DNA from: Promethearchaeota archaeon
Lineage (GTDB): Archaea > Asgardarchaeota > Lokiarchaeia > Sigyniarchaeales > SOKP01
Direction: 5' to 3'
Length of the DNA: 36,316 nucleotides
Assembly: GCA_016839585.1 (NCBI GenBank)
Contig: JAEOTZ010000028.1
Coordinates: 1-36,316, forward strand
Shown: piece after piece, positions 18,659-27,565 of the stretch
Layout: each line of letters opens with the position of its first letter
Numbering within the stretch: position 1 is the stretch's first letter
The notes under the pieces: generated by a model
Seen by the model: the letters and a program-made list of their open reading frames with translations, nothing else
Told to the model about the DNA's origin: nothing
The model's database searches: none
Program-made: the position numbers and the translations under genes

Positions 18659-19753
18659 ATGAGCTTAAAATCTAAATTGAAATTATTTGGAGCTTATTTT
18701 TTCAGGTGGTTTGGCTTTTCAATTGAACCAGATCTTAGAATAATTGGAAATCCTAATCGTGATAGCCCAGTATTACTAACTTGTAATTTTAATCTAACTG
18801 TAAATAGAGTATTAAAGGAGATAAAGGATTTAGATTGTTATTTATTAATTGCTCCTTCAAATGGAATAAATGTGTGGTGTGGAGCATGCGGTGAGGATTT
18901 TAAAACAGATTCAGTAATATCTATTATTAAAACAAGTGGTATTAACGAGCTTGTATCCCACAGAACTTTAATATTACCTCAATTAGGCGCTCCAGGATTA
19001 GAGCCTATTGAAATTAAGAAGAAAACAGGATGGAGTGCTAAATTTGGTCCTGTATACGCTAAAGATATTCCTGCATATGTGCAGAATAATTTTGAGAAAA
19101 TTGATATATCTCAAAATGAAGTAAGATTTCCAATTTCTAAGAGGCTAGAAATGGCAAATTTATATTTGTTTAGTCTATTTATTTTATTTACCACTATTTA
19201 TTGGATTACTTCTATCTTTTTACCATTTCTGGATTTTTTTCTCTATTTAGATAGTATTTTAATTCTTATATTAGTCATTAATGGCTCATTATTGATTCTT
19301 CCGAGTTTTAAAACAAAGACAGGAAAAGTAAAAGTATGGATTTACGAAGTAGTTGTTTTAATATTGATAATATCTTTTAATCTTTTTTTATTCTATAATA
19401 TTGTCTTCTTAATTTGGAATATTATTTTATCGATTCTTATCACCTTAGTTATGTCAGAAGATTTTCATGGGCTTACTCCAATATATAAAAGTGAATTAGG
19501 AGAAAAAACTTGGAAAAAAGGAAAAAATAAAATGAAATTTCTTTTCGGTGAATATAAATTACAGCCTTATGGAACAATTAATATAGAAAGAGAAAAATGC
19601 ATTGGTTGTAAGATGTGTATTGAAGTATGTCCTAGAAATGTATACTGTTTTAAAGCGAGAGAAAATAAAGCAGATTTAAAATATTCCGAGAAATGTATTA
19701 ATTGTAATGCATGTGTAAAGCAATGTTTAGCTCATTGTTTGACGATTATCTAA
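18659..19753 (+). CDS. HgcAB-like fusion: CdhD/HgcA-type corrinoid domain + ~4 TM helices + 2x[4Fe-4S] ferredoxin
   Basis: GNP..DSPVLLTCNF.LTV, GINVWCGACG, HRTLILPQLGAPG, GW...FGPVYAKDIP; TM block; CIGCKMCIEVCP and CINCNACVKQCL. Confidence 0.9.
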   Translation: MSLKSKLKLFGAYFFRWFGFSIEPDLRIIGNPNRDSPVLLTCNFNLTVNRVLKEIKDLDCYLLIAPSNGINVWCGACGEDFKTDSVISIIKTSGINELVSHRTLILPQLGAPGLEPIEIKKKTGWSAKFGPVYAKDIPAYVQNNFEKIDISQNEVRFPISKRLEMANLYLFSLFILFTTIYWITSIFLPFLDFFLYLDSILILILVINGSLLILPSFKTKTGKVKVWIYEVVVLILIISFNLFLFYNIVFLIWNIILSILITLVMSEDFHGLTPIYKSELGEKTWKKGKNKMKFLFGEYKLQPYGTINIEREKCIGCKMCIEVCPRNVYCFKARENKADLKYSEKCINCNACVKQCLAHCLTII

Positions 19754-19886
19754 ATAAATATATTCAAATGGAATTTAGACTTTATTGATTATAAAATCCT
19801 CTTCTTTTTATGTTTGTTGATTATATTTAAAATCATTTAAGACTTTATGATAAATGTAAATGATAATAATACCATAAGTGATATCA

Positions 19887-21797
19887 ATGTCGAATGACTT
19901 TAGTGAAGAAATTTCATCATTACTGAACAAATACAGCAAGAAGAAAGTTTCAACAGATGTAGCAATTAAAAAATATATTTATCCAGGAAATCGTATTTTT
20001 ATTGATTCTGGTTGTGCAGAACCCATTGATTTAACTGCTAAGTTAATAGAACTTGGTCCTGAACTCCCAGATGTAGAAATTCTGCATTTTCTTAGCCTTA
20101 GTGATCTTGATTATTATGAAACCGCTGGAGGTATAGAAGATTTATTTAGACACAATGCATTTTTCATAGGAAAATCCCTACGTAAATATATTAAAGTTGG
20201 TCAAGCAGATTATACTCCAATGCTCCTTTCAGAAATACCTTGGTTGTTCAAACTTGGTCGAATGCATCTAGATACAGCTCTTATTCAGGTTAGTCCCCCA
20301 GATAAATACGGCTTCTGTAGTTATGGGATTAATGTTGATATTGTTAAACCTATTTGTGAAGCTGCCGAATTTGTTATTGCAGAAATTAATCCTAATATGC
20401 CTCGCACATTAGGTAATTCCTTTATTCATATAGATGATATAGATGCATTTGTTCTTTCAGATCATGAAATAATTGAATTCAATTATGATCCCCCTGGGGA
20501 AATCGAGAAGAAAATTGCTATATTTGTAGCATCAGTTATTGAGGATGAGTCAACAATTCAAATGGGAATTGGGACTATTCCTAATGCAGTTACTTCAGAA
20601 TTAGGAGTCAAAAAGGATTTAGGTATACATAGTGAGGTATTTTCTGATGGGATTGTAGATCTTGTAGAGCAAGGAGTAGTTACGTGTAAAAAGAAAACGA
20701 TTCATAAAGATAAGATAATTTGTTCTTTTGTTATGGGTTCACGAAGATTGTATGATTTTGTAGATGATAATCCTATGGTTGAATTCCATCCTTGTGACTA
20801 CTGCAACGATCCTTATATCATCAGTCAAAATAAGAAACAAGTAGCAATAAATGCTGCTTTAACAGTAGATCTAACAGGTCAAGTAAATGCAGATTCTCTT
20901 GGTCATCAATTTTACAGTGGAATTGGTGGTCAAGTTGATTTTGTAAGAGGTGCTGGACGTGCAACAGAAGGAAAACCTATTATGGTTGTTCCTAGCACTG
21001 CAACATTGGACGATGGTACTGTTGTTTCTCGAATTGTTCCTTATTTACAATCAGGATCTGGAGTTGTTATTACTCGCGGTGATGTTCATTATATTGTATC
21101 TGAATGGGGCATCGCTTATCTTTATGGAAAAAGCATTAGAGAAAGAGTTCTTGAGATGATTAATATAGCACATCCCGATTTTCGAGAAGGATTATTAGAA
21201 CATGCGAAGAAATGGAAATATGTGTATTCAGACCAGAAATTACCCATATCCATAGATGGAAGAATTGCTGTATATCCTGAAAAATATGAAACAATACTTA
21301 AATTAAAGAATGAAAAAAAAATAAAGATTCGCCCTGTTAAACCGACTGATGAGAGGATGATTCAAGAACTCCATTATTCGCTTGATGAGAAGGATAGATA
21401 TTTAAGATTTTTTACTCCTGTTCATGATTTTCGTCATAAGAAAATGCAACCGTTTGTAACAATCGATTACACTACAGATATGATTTTAGTGGGTGAATAT
21501 AGTGAAGGGGGAGAAGAAAAAATTGTGGCTTTAGGAGCATTTTTTAAAACCGTTCAACCGTCACTAGCAGAAATAGCTTTTGTAGTTCATAAGAACTGGA
21601 GAGGATTGGGAATAACTAGATTTTTACTAAATTATTTAGTAAAAATTGGTCGTGAGCTCAATTATAAGACTTTTGGAGGGTCGATTTTACTTGAAAATAA
21701 ATCTATGCTTCATATAATTGATACATCGGGATATAAATTAACATTTAAAAACATTGAAAGTGGAGTTGCTGAATTTGCATTTAATATCTCAAGATGA
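19887..21797 (+). CDS. Acetyl-CoA hydrolase/CoA-transferase fused to a C-terminal GNAT domain
   Basis: QMGIG.IPNAV, HSEVFSDG, YSGIGGQVDF.RGA, VSEWGIA; then IRPVKPTDE..Y.RFF, AEIAFVV...WRG.GI. ATG at 19887 (ORF track gives GTG 19878). Confidence 0.92.
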   Translation: MSNDFSEEISSLLNKYSKKKVSTDVAIKKYIYPGNRIFIDSGCAEPIDLTAKLIELGPELPDVEILHFLSLSDLDYYETAGGIEDLFRHNAFFIGKSLRKYIKVGQADYTPMLLSEIPWLFKLGRMHLDTALIQVSPPDKYGFCSYGINVDIVKPICEAAEFVIAEINPNMPRTLGNSFIHIDDIDAFVLSDHEIIEFNYDPPGEIEKKIAIFVASVIEDESTIQMGIGTIPNAVTSELGVKKDLGIHSEVFSDGIVDLVEQGVVTCKKKTIHKDKIICSFVMGSRRLYDFVDDNPMVEFHPCDYCNDPYIISQNKKQVAINAALTVDLTGQVNADSLGHQFYSGIGGQVDFVRGAGRATEGKPIMVVPSTATLDDGTVVSRIVPYLQSGSGVVITRGDVHYIVSEWGIAYLYGKSIRERVLEMINIAHPDFREGLLEHAKKWKYVYSDQKLPISIDGRIAVYPEKYETILKLKNEKKIKIRPVKPTDERMIQELHYSLDEKDRYLRFFTPVHDFRHKKMQPFVTIDYTTDMILVGEYSEGGEEKIVALGAFFKTVQPSLAEIAFVVHKNWRGLGITRFLLNYLVKIGRELNYKTFGGSILLENKSMLHIIDTSGYKLTFKNIESGVAEFAFNISR

Positions 21798-21900
21798 TTA
21801 TAATTTGGTTTATTTCTATGAAACTTTTTATAAAATATAGTAGTTAAGTTAATTTTACTTCTTTAATATGCCTACTTATGATAAATTAGGGTGATATTAA

Positions 21901-22761
21901 ATTCTAATTACAGAATTTCATAAGAAATATAAAGAAAAAGGTTTAATCGAAGAAGTAATTAATTCATTTCAAAAAATAATATACTCATATTATAAACAAA
22001 GTGGTCGAGATTTTCCTTTTAGAAAAAATCTTACACCTTATTATGTTTTAGTATCAGAAATAATGCTCCAACAAACACAAACTAGTAGGGTATCTGAAAA
22101 ATTTTTAGATTTTATTAAAATGTTCCCAGATTTTCAAACCTTAGCAAATGCACCTCTAGATTCTGTATTAGGAGCCTGGCAAGGTTTAGGATATAATCGA
22201 AGAGCCATTGCATTAAAAAAAATTGCACAAATTATAATTACCGATTATCAAGGAGAATTACCCGATTCAAAAGAAATTTTAGAGTCTTTTCCACAAATTG
22301 GAAAAGCAACAGCATCTTCAATAATTTCTTTTGCTTTCAATAAACCAACAATCTTTATTGAAACAAATATTAGAAGAGTTTATATCTACTTCTTTTTCTT
22401 TAATGAGAACAATGTTGATGATAAAGAGATCCTTCAAATTATGGAAAAAACTATTGATAGGGATAATCCTCGCAAATGGTACTATGCTCTTATGGATTAT
22501 GGAGTCATGCTTAAAAAGAAACACCCAGATCTTCATAAGAAGAGTGCTCATTATCAGAAACAAGCACCTTTTAAGGGTTCTAATAGAGAAATTAGAGGTA
22601 AAATCTTAGATTTACTAATTAAAAAAAAATATTTTACCCAATCAGAAATTGAGAGAAATTTAGAAAATATAAATAGTCAAAAGATAATGGAAATTATCCA
22701 TCAATTAGAAAAAGAGGGTTTCATTAATATTAATGAGGATTACATCGAAATTGCAAAATAA
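21901..22761 (+). CDS. mutY: A/G-specific adenine glycosylase, MutY-like, lacking the Fe-S cluster; probable ATT start
   Basis: Frame is open from 21901 and encodes FQ..I..YY...GRDFPFR....PYYVLVSEIMLQQTQ, WQGLGYNRRA, HhH FPQIG..TA, IETNIRR, ALMDYG. No cysteine cluster motif. Confidence 0.85.
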   Translation: MLITEFHKKYKEKGLIEEVINSFQKIIYSYYKQSGRDFPFRKNLTPYYVLVSEIMLQQTQTSRVSEKFLDFIKMFPDFQTLANAPLDSVLGAWQGLGYNRRAIALKKIAQIIITDYQGELPDSKEILESFPQIGKATASSIISFAFNKPTIFIETNIRRVYIYFFFFNENNVDDKEILQIMEKTIDRDNPRKWYYALMDYGVMLKKKHPDLHKKSAHYQKQAPFKGSNREIRGKILDLLIKKKYFTQSEIERNLENINSQKIMEIIHQLEKEGFININEDYIEIAK

Positions 22762-22766
22762 CATTT

Positions 22767-24065
22767 TTAATGTATCTCTCTATTCTTTAGGTATCTAGCA
22801 ATTTTAAGTGCGATTCTTTCTTGTCGCTTCCAATCACCAAAAGCATATCCACTTGAAATTAGATTTTTAATCTCTTTTTTGTATACTTCACTAAGACTTT
22901 TAACTGATTTTTTCTCAAATGGTGTTTGAGGTAGGGGAATAAAAGAATGAGCATGGATTTTTGCACCCTTTTTTGATAAATCTTTCATCATTTTAATTGT
23001 AAGGTCAATATCTTCATTAGATTCTTCGGGTAATCCAAAAATGAAGTCTACATTAATTTTAAGATTTGATTTAATAGTTAAATTTACAGCGTTATATATA
23101 TCATCGACAGAATGTTCTCGATGACATAAATCCAAAATCTTTTGACTTCCTGATTGTGCTCCAATTGTTATATTATCATTATTGGCATATTTTAAGACTA
23201 ATTCTAAAGTTTCATTTATTACATGCTCAGGTCTTACTTCTGATGGAAAAGATCCGAAAAAAATTCGCCCTTTATTGCCAATTATTTCTCTTATATTTAA
23301 AAGTAAGTCTTTAAGTTTGCCTAAATTCAAAGTCTTACCATCTGTTGAACCATATGAAAATGCATTTGGAGTTATGAATCTTATATCAGAAAGATCTCCA
23401 TAATGATTTTTTAATTCTTGTACATATTTACGGATTACCTCAATACTTCTGTGTCTTGGATACACACCAGAGATATATGGTGTTTGACAAAAATAACAAA
23501 CATAGGGACAACCTCTCGTTATTTCTATTGCCCCTGCCTTAGCATTTTTTACAGGGAATGGAGGATAATCATCTATCTTAACGGGATTTCGCTTACCAGT
23601 AAAAAAATAATCATTTGATTCATTTAAATAAGCAATCCCTTTAATATGTGTAAAATTTTTTCCCATATCTATTTTTTTCAAGAGCTCTATTATAGTTTCT
23701 TCACCTTCACCTACGACAACTATATCAAATCCTAATTTAAGTGTTCCTAAAGGATCACCTGTTGGATGAGGCCCTCCCGCTAAATAAATAACCTTTCTTG
23801 AGTATCTTTTCTTTAGAGTTGTAATTAGATCATAAATTTCCCATAATTGTGTAGTAAAAAAAGATATACCAATAACTACAAGTTTGTGTTTATTAATTAT
23901 ATCTTTCAAACTATGAATGAGCTCATCTCTTTTTGGGATAAAGTATATCGCAAATTGGTCAAAATATGGATCTGTTTCTAAAGCTCCGATTAAAGCGTTA
24001 AAACTGTATATATTATTTTTATAATAATAAACAACAAACGCAGTATCCTGAGACAAATTTTTCAT
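22767..24065 (-). CDS. B12-binding radical SAM protein (TIGR04013/MJ1487-like)
   Basis: N.YSFNAL.GALE, SFFTTQ, AGGPHPTG, GEGE, EITRGCPYVCYFC, FFGSFPSEVRPE, GAQSGS. Confidence 0.9.
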   Translation of the reverse strand: MKNLSQDTAFVVYYYKNNIYSFNALIGALETDPYFDQFAIYFIPKRDELIHSLKDIINKHKLVVIGISFFTTQLWEIYDLITTLKKRYSRKVIYLAGGPHPTGDPLGTLKLGFDIVVVGEGEETIIELLKKIDMGKNFTHIKGIAYLNESNDYFFTGKRNPVKIDDYPPFPVKNAKAGAIEITRGCPYVCYFCQTPYISGVYPRHRSIEVIRKYVQELKNHYGDLSDIRFITPNAFSYGSTDGKTLNLGKLKDLLLNIREIIGNKGRIFFGSFPSEVRPEHVINETLELVLKYANNDNITIGAQSGSQKILDLCHREHSVDDIYNAVNLTIKSNLKINVDFIFGLPEESNEDIDLTIKMMKDLSKKGAKIHAHSFIPLPQTPFEKKSVKSLSEVYKKEIKNLISSGYAFGDWKRQERIALKIARYLKNREIH

Positions 24066-24208
24066 CCTAATAGATATATCAAATAAACACTAATAATCTA
24101 GGATTATTATAATATTTTTAATGCAACATTCTGGTTCAGTAAGTATAATACTAAAACTTAAATTAGTTTTATGTGATTAATTAATAAAATTCAAATTGGG
24201 AAAATAAT

Positions 24209-24673
24209 ATGTTATTTAATGATTGGATAGCCACAATAATAGAAGAAGTTGGTATCTCGTGGTTTGATTTTTACTCGATTGGTCATATATGTCTCGGGGT
24301 TGGACTTTTTCTATTTTTTTCATTGTTTTACACTATACCGAAGAAAAAAGGGAAAACACCGATATTTTCTTTGCTATTTGTATTTATCCTTACTATGTTC
24401 TTTGTAATTTTGTGGGAAATTATTGAAAATACGGTTTTTATTTTTTTTGATTGGAAATTTGAAGGTCGGGCTGATAGTTGGCAAAATTTAACTACTGATA
24501 TTTTAATGGGTGTGATTGGCAGTCTTGGATCATGGCTCTTCGCCTATTTAATCTTTGAGAAAGATAAGAATGCTTGGGGGTATTATATCTTTGGTTTTAT
24601 TGGGTTTGCACTGTGGCTCAGTGTTTTCATAATATTACGATATTTAACTCTTGAAAATTCTCCAATTATTTAA
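24209..24673 (+). CDS. Hypothetical 4-TM membrane protein
   Basis: Hydrophobic helices with D.YS..H, WE..EN and DS..N..TD polar motifs. Confidence 0.75.
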   Translation: MLFNDWIATIIEEVGISWFDFYSIGHICLGVGLFLFFSLFYTIPKKKGKTPIFSLLFVFILTMFFVILWEIIENTVFIFFDWKFEGRADSWQNLTTDILMGVIGSLGSWLFAYLIFEKDKNAWGYYIFGFIGFALWLSVFIILRYLTLENSPII

Positions 24674-24718
24674 CTTTTTTTTTATTTTAAGAAATAAAAT
24701 TACTAAGTTGTTTTAGTA

Positions 24719-25477
24719 ATGAATTTAGAAAAATTTATAACATTTGAAAAAGGGACAATCCCGTTAATATTATCAGTTCCCCATGGTGGCACATTAGAAT
24801 GTGAAAGTATTCCTAAACGGTTAAATGGAGTTCTCGGAATAGATAAAGGTACCATTGAATTGACTGAAAAGTTGATCTATTATATGAAAAAAATCTCAAA
24901 AAAAAAAAATTTCAAATCAATAATACCATCCTATATTATTTCAAATGTTCCGAGGAGTAAAGTAGATTTAAATAGAGAAGAAAGTAAAGCATATATTCAA
25001 AATTCATCTTTAGCTAAACAGATATATCAATTCTATCATAAAAAGATAAAAGAATTAATTTTAGAGAATATTAATGCTTACAACAATTCTTTATTAATTG
25101 ATATTCATGGGTTTGAAATCAACAAACGTCCATCTGGTTTTAGGGATGTAGATTTAATTTTGGGGACTCATAATTTGGAGACTTTTTTTTCTAAGCCTGT
25201 TCCAAAGAAACTTTGGGGAAATACCATCAGAGGAAAAATAATAAAAAATTTTATAGAATTAGATATTGCAATTGCTCCTGGTCATCCAAGGAGGAGAGAG
25301 TATGTTTTAACTGGAGGTTATATAACTCAAGCATATGGTTCTTCAAAGATTTCAAAGAGTAAAACAATGCAAATTGAATTTTCTGACAGAATAAGGATTC
25401 TTGACAAGAAATTAAGAAAAATTGTAATTCAAACTCTTGCAGGAATAATATTTGATGATTACAAAAAATTTCATTAA
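24719..25477 (+). CDS. N-formylglutamate amidohydrolase family protein
   Basis: ILSVPHGG, R.KVDLNR, LLIDIHG, GGYIT..YG, MQIE. Confidence 0.8.
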   Translation: MNLEKFITFEKGTIPLILSVPHGGTLECESIPKRLNGVLGIDKGTIELTEKLIYYMKKISKKKNFKSIIPSYIISNVPRSKVDLNREESKAYIQNSSLAKQIYQFYHKKIKELILENINAYNNSLLIDIHGFEINKRPSGFRDVDLILGTHNLETFFSKPVPKKLWGNTIRGKIIKNFIELDIAIAPGHPRRREYVLTGGYITQAYGSSKISKSKTMQIEFSDRIRILDKKLRKIVIQTLAGIIFDDYKKFH

Positions 25478-26652
25478 GAAGTTAATGGAAAGGTTCCATA
25501 TACTCTCCATATTGCTATATCTTCAAATCCTAAAATTTCTGCTTGAGTTAATTGCCCATTACATGTGTCCTTTACTTTTTGCCATAGTATTTCCGAGATT
25601 TCATCAATTGACTTATCTTCAGTTATAATTTTTGAAGCATCTACATCAATATTACATTTCATCCATTCACAGGTTTTTGGATTTCCACAGATTTTAATAA
25701 CTGGAGTTACAGGATTTCCTGTAGGGGTACCTTGTCCTGTTGTCATTATAATTACTTGAGCTCCTGCCGCCGCAAGACCTGTCATCGATTCTACATCAAT
25801 ACCGGGTTCATTCATCAACCATAATCCTTTTCCTTTAGGTACTTCTGAGTAGTTGATAATACCTTGAATAGGGGCTTTTCCTGCTTTAGCTATCGTTCCT
25901 AAGGATTTTTCTTCAATTGTTGTTAAACCTCCTTTTATATTGCCGGGAGTCGGTTGAATACCTCTGAAATCAATTCCTAATCTCATTGTTCTTTCTAAAA
26001 ATTCATCTAAAAGATTTTTAATTTTTTCAGCAGTTTTTTCGTCTTTTGCTCGCCTTATTAATAGATGCTCAGTTCCTATCCATTCAGTAAATTCTGGAAG
26101 AATGGCTGTGCCACCTAACTCAACTATTTTATCAGAGATGAATCCTAATGCGGGATTAGCAGTAATTCCAGATATTGAATCCGATCCTCCACATTCTAAA
26201 CCTAAAACCAAATGTGAGAAATCAAAAGGTTCTCGCTTTAATTCTTTCGCCTCTTGAGTCATTTTTTTAGCTAATTTTATACCTTTTTCAATTGCAACAA
26301 TTGAACCACCTTTAACATCTTGAACATTAAAAAATTCTACTGGTTTTTTAGATCTTTTTATTTGACTTGCTAATTGTTTGCTAGTAAGATTTTCACAACC
26401 TAATCCAACGACTAAGGCTCCATAAACATTAGGATTTTTGGCTAACCCTGCCAAAGTGCGGAGTGTGTATGAGAAATCGCGCCCGAACTGAGCACAACCA
26501 AGAGGATGGCAAATTTCAACAGAATTTTCTACTTTTTTCGCTATTTGCTTGGCGATATTATTTACACATACAACACTCGGCAAAATTACAACTTTATTTC
26601 TAATACCTACTTGCTTATTTGGACGTTGATATCCCAAAAATTCTTCAGTCAT
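25474..26652 (-). CDS. uxaA: UxaA/GarD/SuyB-family dehydratase, large subunit
   Basis: FLGY.R....VGIRN, H..GC, GLGCE, ECGGSD..SG.TANPA.G, PTPGN..GGLTTIEEKSLG, TTGQG.P. ATG at 26652 overlaps the small-subunit stop. Confidence 0.88.
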   Translation of the reverse strand: MTEEFLGYQRPNKQVGIRNKVVILPSVVCVNNIAKQIAKKVENSVEICHPLGCAQFGRDFSYTLRTLAGLAKNPNVYGALVVGLGCENLTSKQLASQIKRSKKPVEFFNVQDVKGGSIVAIEKGIKLAKKMTQEAKELKREPFDFSHLVLGLECGGSDSISGITANPALGFISDKIVELGGTAILPEFTEWIGTEHLLIRRAKDEKTAEKIKNLLDEFLERTMRLGIDFRGIQPTPGNIKGGLTTIEEKSLGTIAKAGKAPIQGIINYSEVPKGKGLWLMNEPGIDVESMTGLAAAGAQVIIMTTGQGTPTGNPVTPVIKICGNPKTCEWMKCNIDVDASKIITEDKSIDEISEILWQKVKDTCNGQLTQAEILGFEDIAIWRVYGTFPLTS

Positions 26653-26932
26653 GTCTTTTTCCCCTCTCAAGATAAGCACTTTTAACATTATGAATATGAA
26701 TCCAATCTCCTTTCATGATATCTTCTGTTGCGATACCAATAATTTCTCCATATTTAAAGATTAAATCTCCCTTTTTGATGTCGCTTAAAGCAACTTTATG
26801 ACCATAAGGTATAGCTTGATTTATTTTAATCGTTTGATTCTTGCTAATTTCAATTATCTCATTTGGGGGAATTTCTTCTAAAAACGTGGCGCAATTATCT
26901 TTAGGATTCATTCTCATGAATTTTTTTCTCAT
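26645..26932 (-). CDS. UxaA-family small subunit (SAF domain)
   Basis: DNCAT, IPYGHKVAL.DI..G..I.KYGE.IG.A...I..G.WIH.HN; ATG at 26932 after TAGGAG. Confidence 0.9.
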   Translation of the reverse strand: MRKKFMRMNPKDNCATFLEEIPPNEIIEISKNQTIKINQAIPYGHKVALSDIKKGDLIFKYGEIIGIATEDIMKGDWIHIHNVKSAYLERGKRHD

Positions 26933-27072
26933 AAATACTCCTACCATTTAATAAAATTCTTAATTTATTTATTTAAAAGAAATGTTTTAAATTTTTAATA
27001 AATACTAGTATATACCTAATAATATCCTATGATTTAATATTAATAATTGAAACTTATCTAAATTTATATAAT

Positions 27073-27417
27073 ATGCCTGAAGATCAAATCGATATAGATG
27101 ATTTAGAATCGTTCATTGATGGTTTAAAAACATCTTTAGACACATTAGAAGGTCTTAATCCAAAGGAGACGCGGGGATTTCAGGCTCAATTAGCGAAAGC
27201 TATTTCAGATTTAAGGATAAAGAAATCTGCTAAATTTGAACCACTTCCAAAATATATTGGTCATGTTACGAAAGAAGATCTTAAAAATTATTTGATGAAA
27301 GAATTGGAGGATCTTAGGAATCTTTTAGATACTGATGAATATTCTCCTTATCCAAGAAGGAAATTTAATCTAATAATGAAAATTACTAAGCTTAGAGAAA
27401 AAATAAGCAGAATGTAA
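27073..27417 (+). CDS. Hypothetical helical protein
   Basis: 114-aa ATG ORF in its own intergenic slot, followed by a T-rich tract. Confidence 0.7.
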   Translation: MPEDQIDIDDLESFIDGLKTSLDTLEGLNPKETRGFQAQLAKAISDLRIKKSAKFEPLPKYIGHVTKEDLKNYLMKELEDLRNLLDTDEYSPYPRRKFNLIMKITKLREKISRM

Positions 27418-27565
27418 TTTTAACTTTAACTTTTTCTTAATTTAAAAAGTATAATTTATAAAAGTTTATAGTAAATATGTAATTTAACAGCATTTATATA
27501 AAAAGAGGAGTAATTCATTATTAACGCTATTCATATTTAATTAAATTTTAAGAGATAATAAATTC

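Noticed and set aside
18659-19753. Calling this a bona fide mercury methylase (hgcA/hgcB)
   Set aside because: It is fused, has a non-consensus cap helix, and lacks the terminal HgcB cysteines; tested fused homologues did not methylate Hg.
21795-21900. Possible selenocysteine readthrough at TGA stops (21795-21797 and the uORF TGA at 21892-21894)
   Set aside because: Each is followed by an in-frame TAA after one codon, there is no Cys-aligned context, and I recognised no SECIS.
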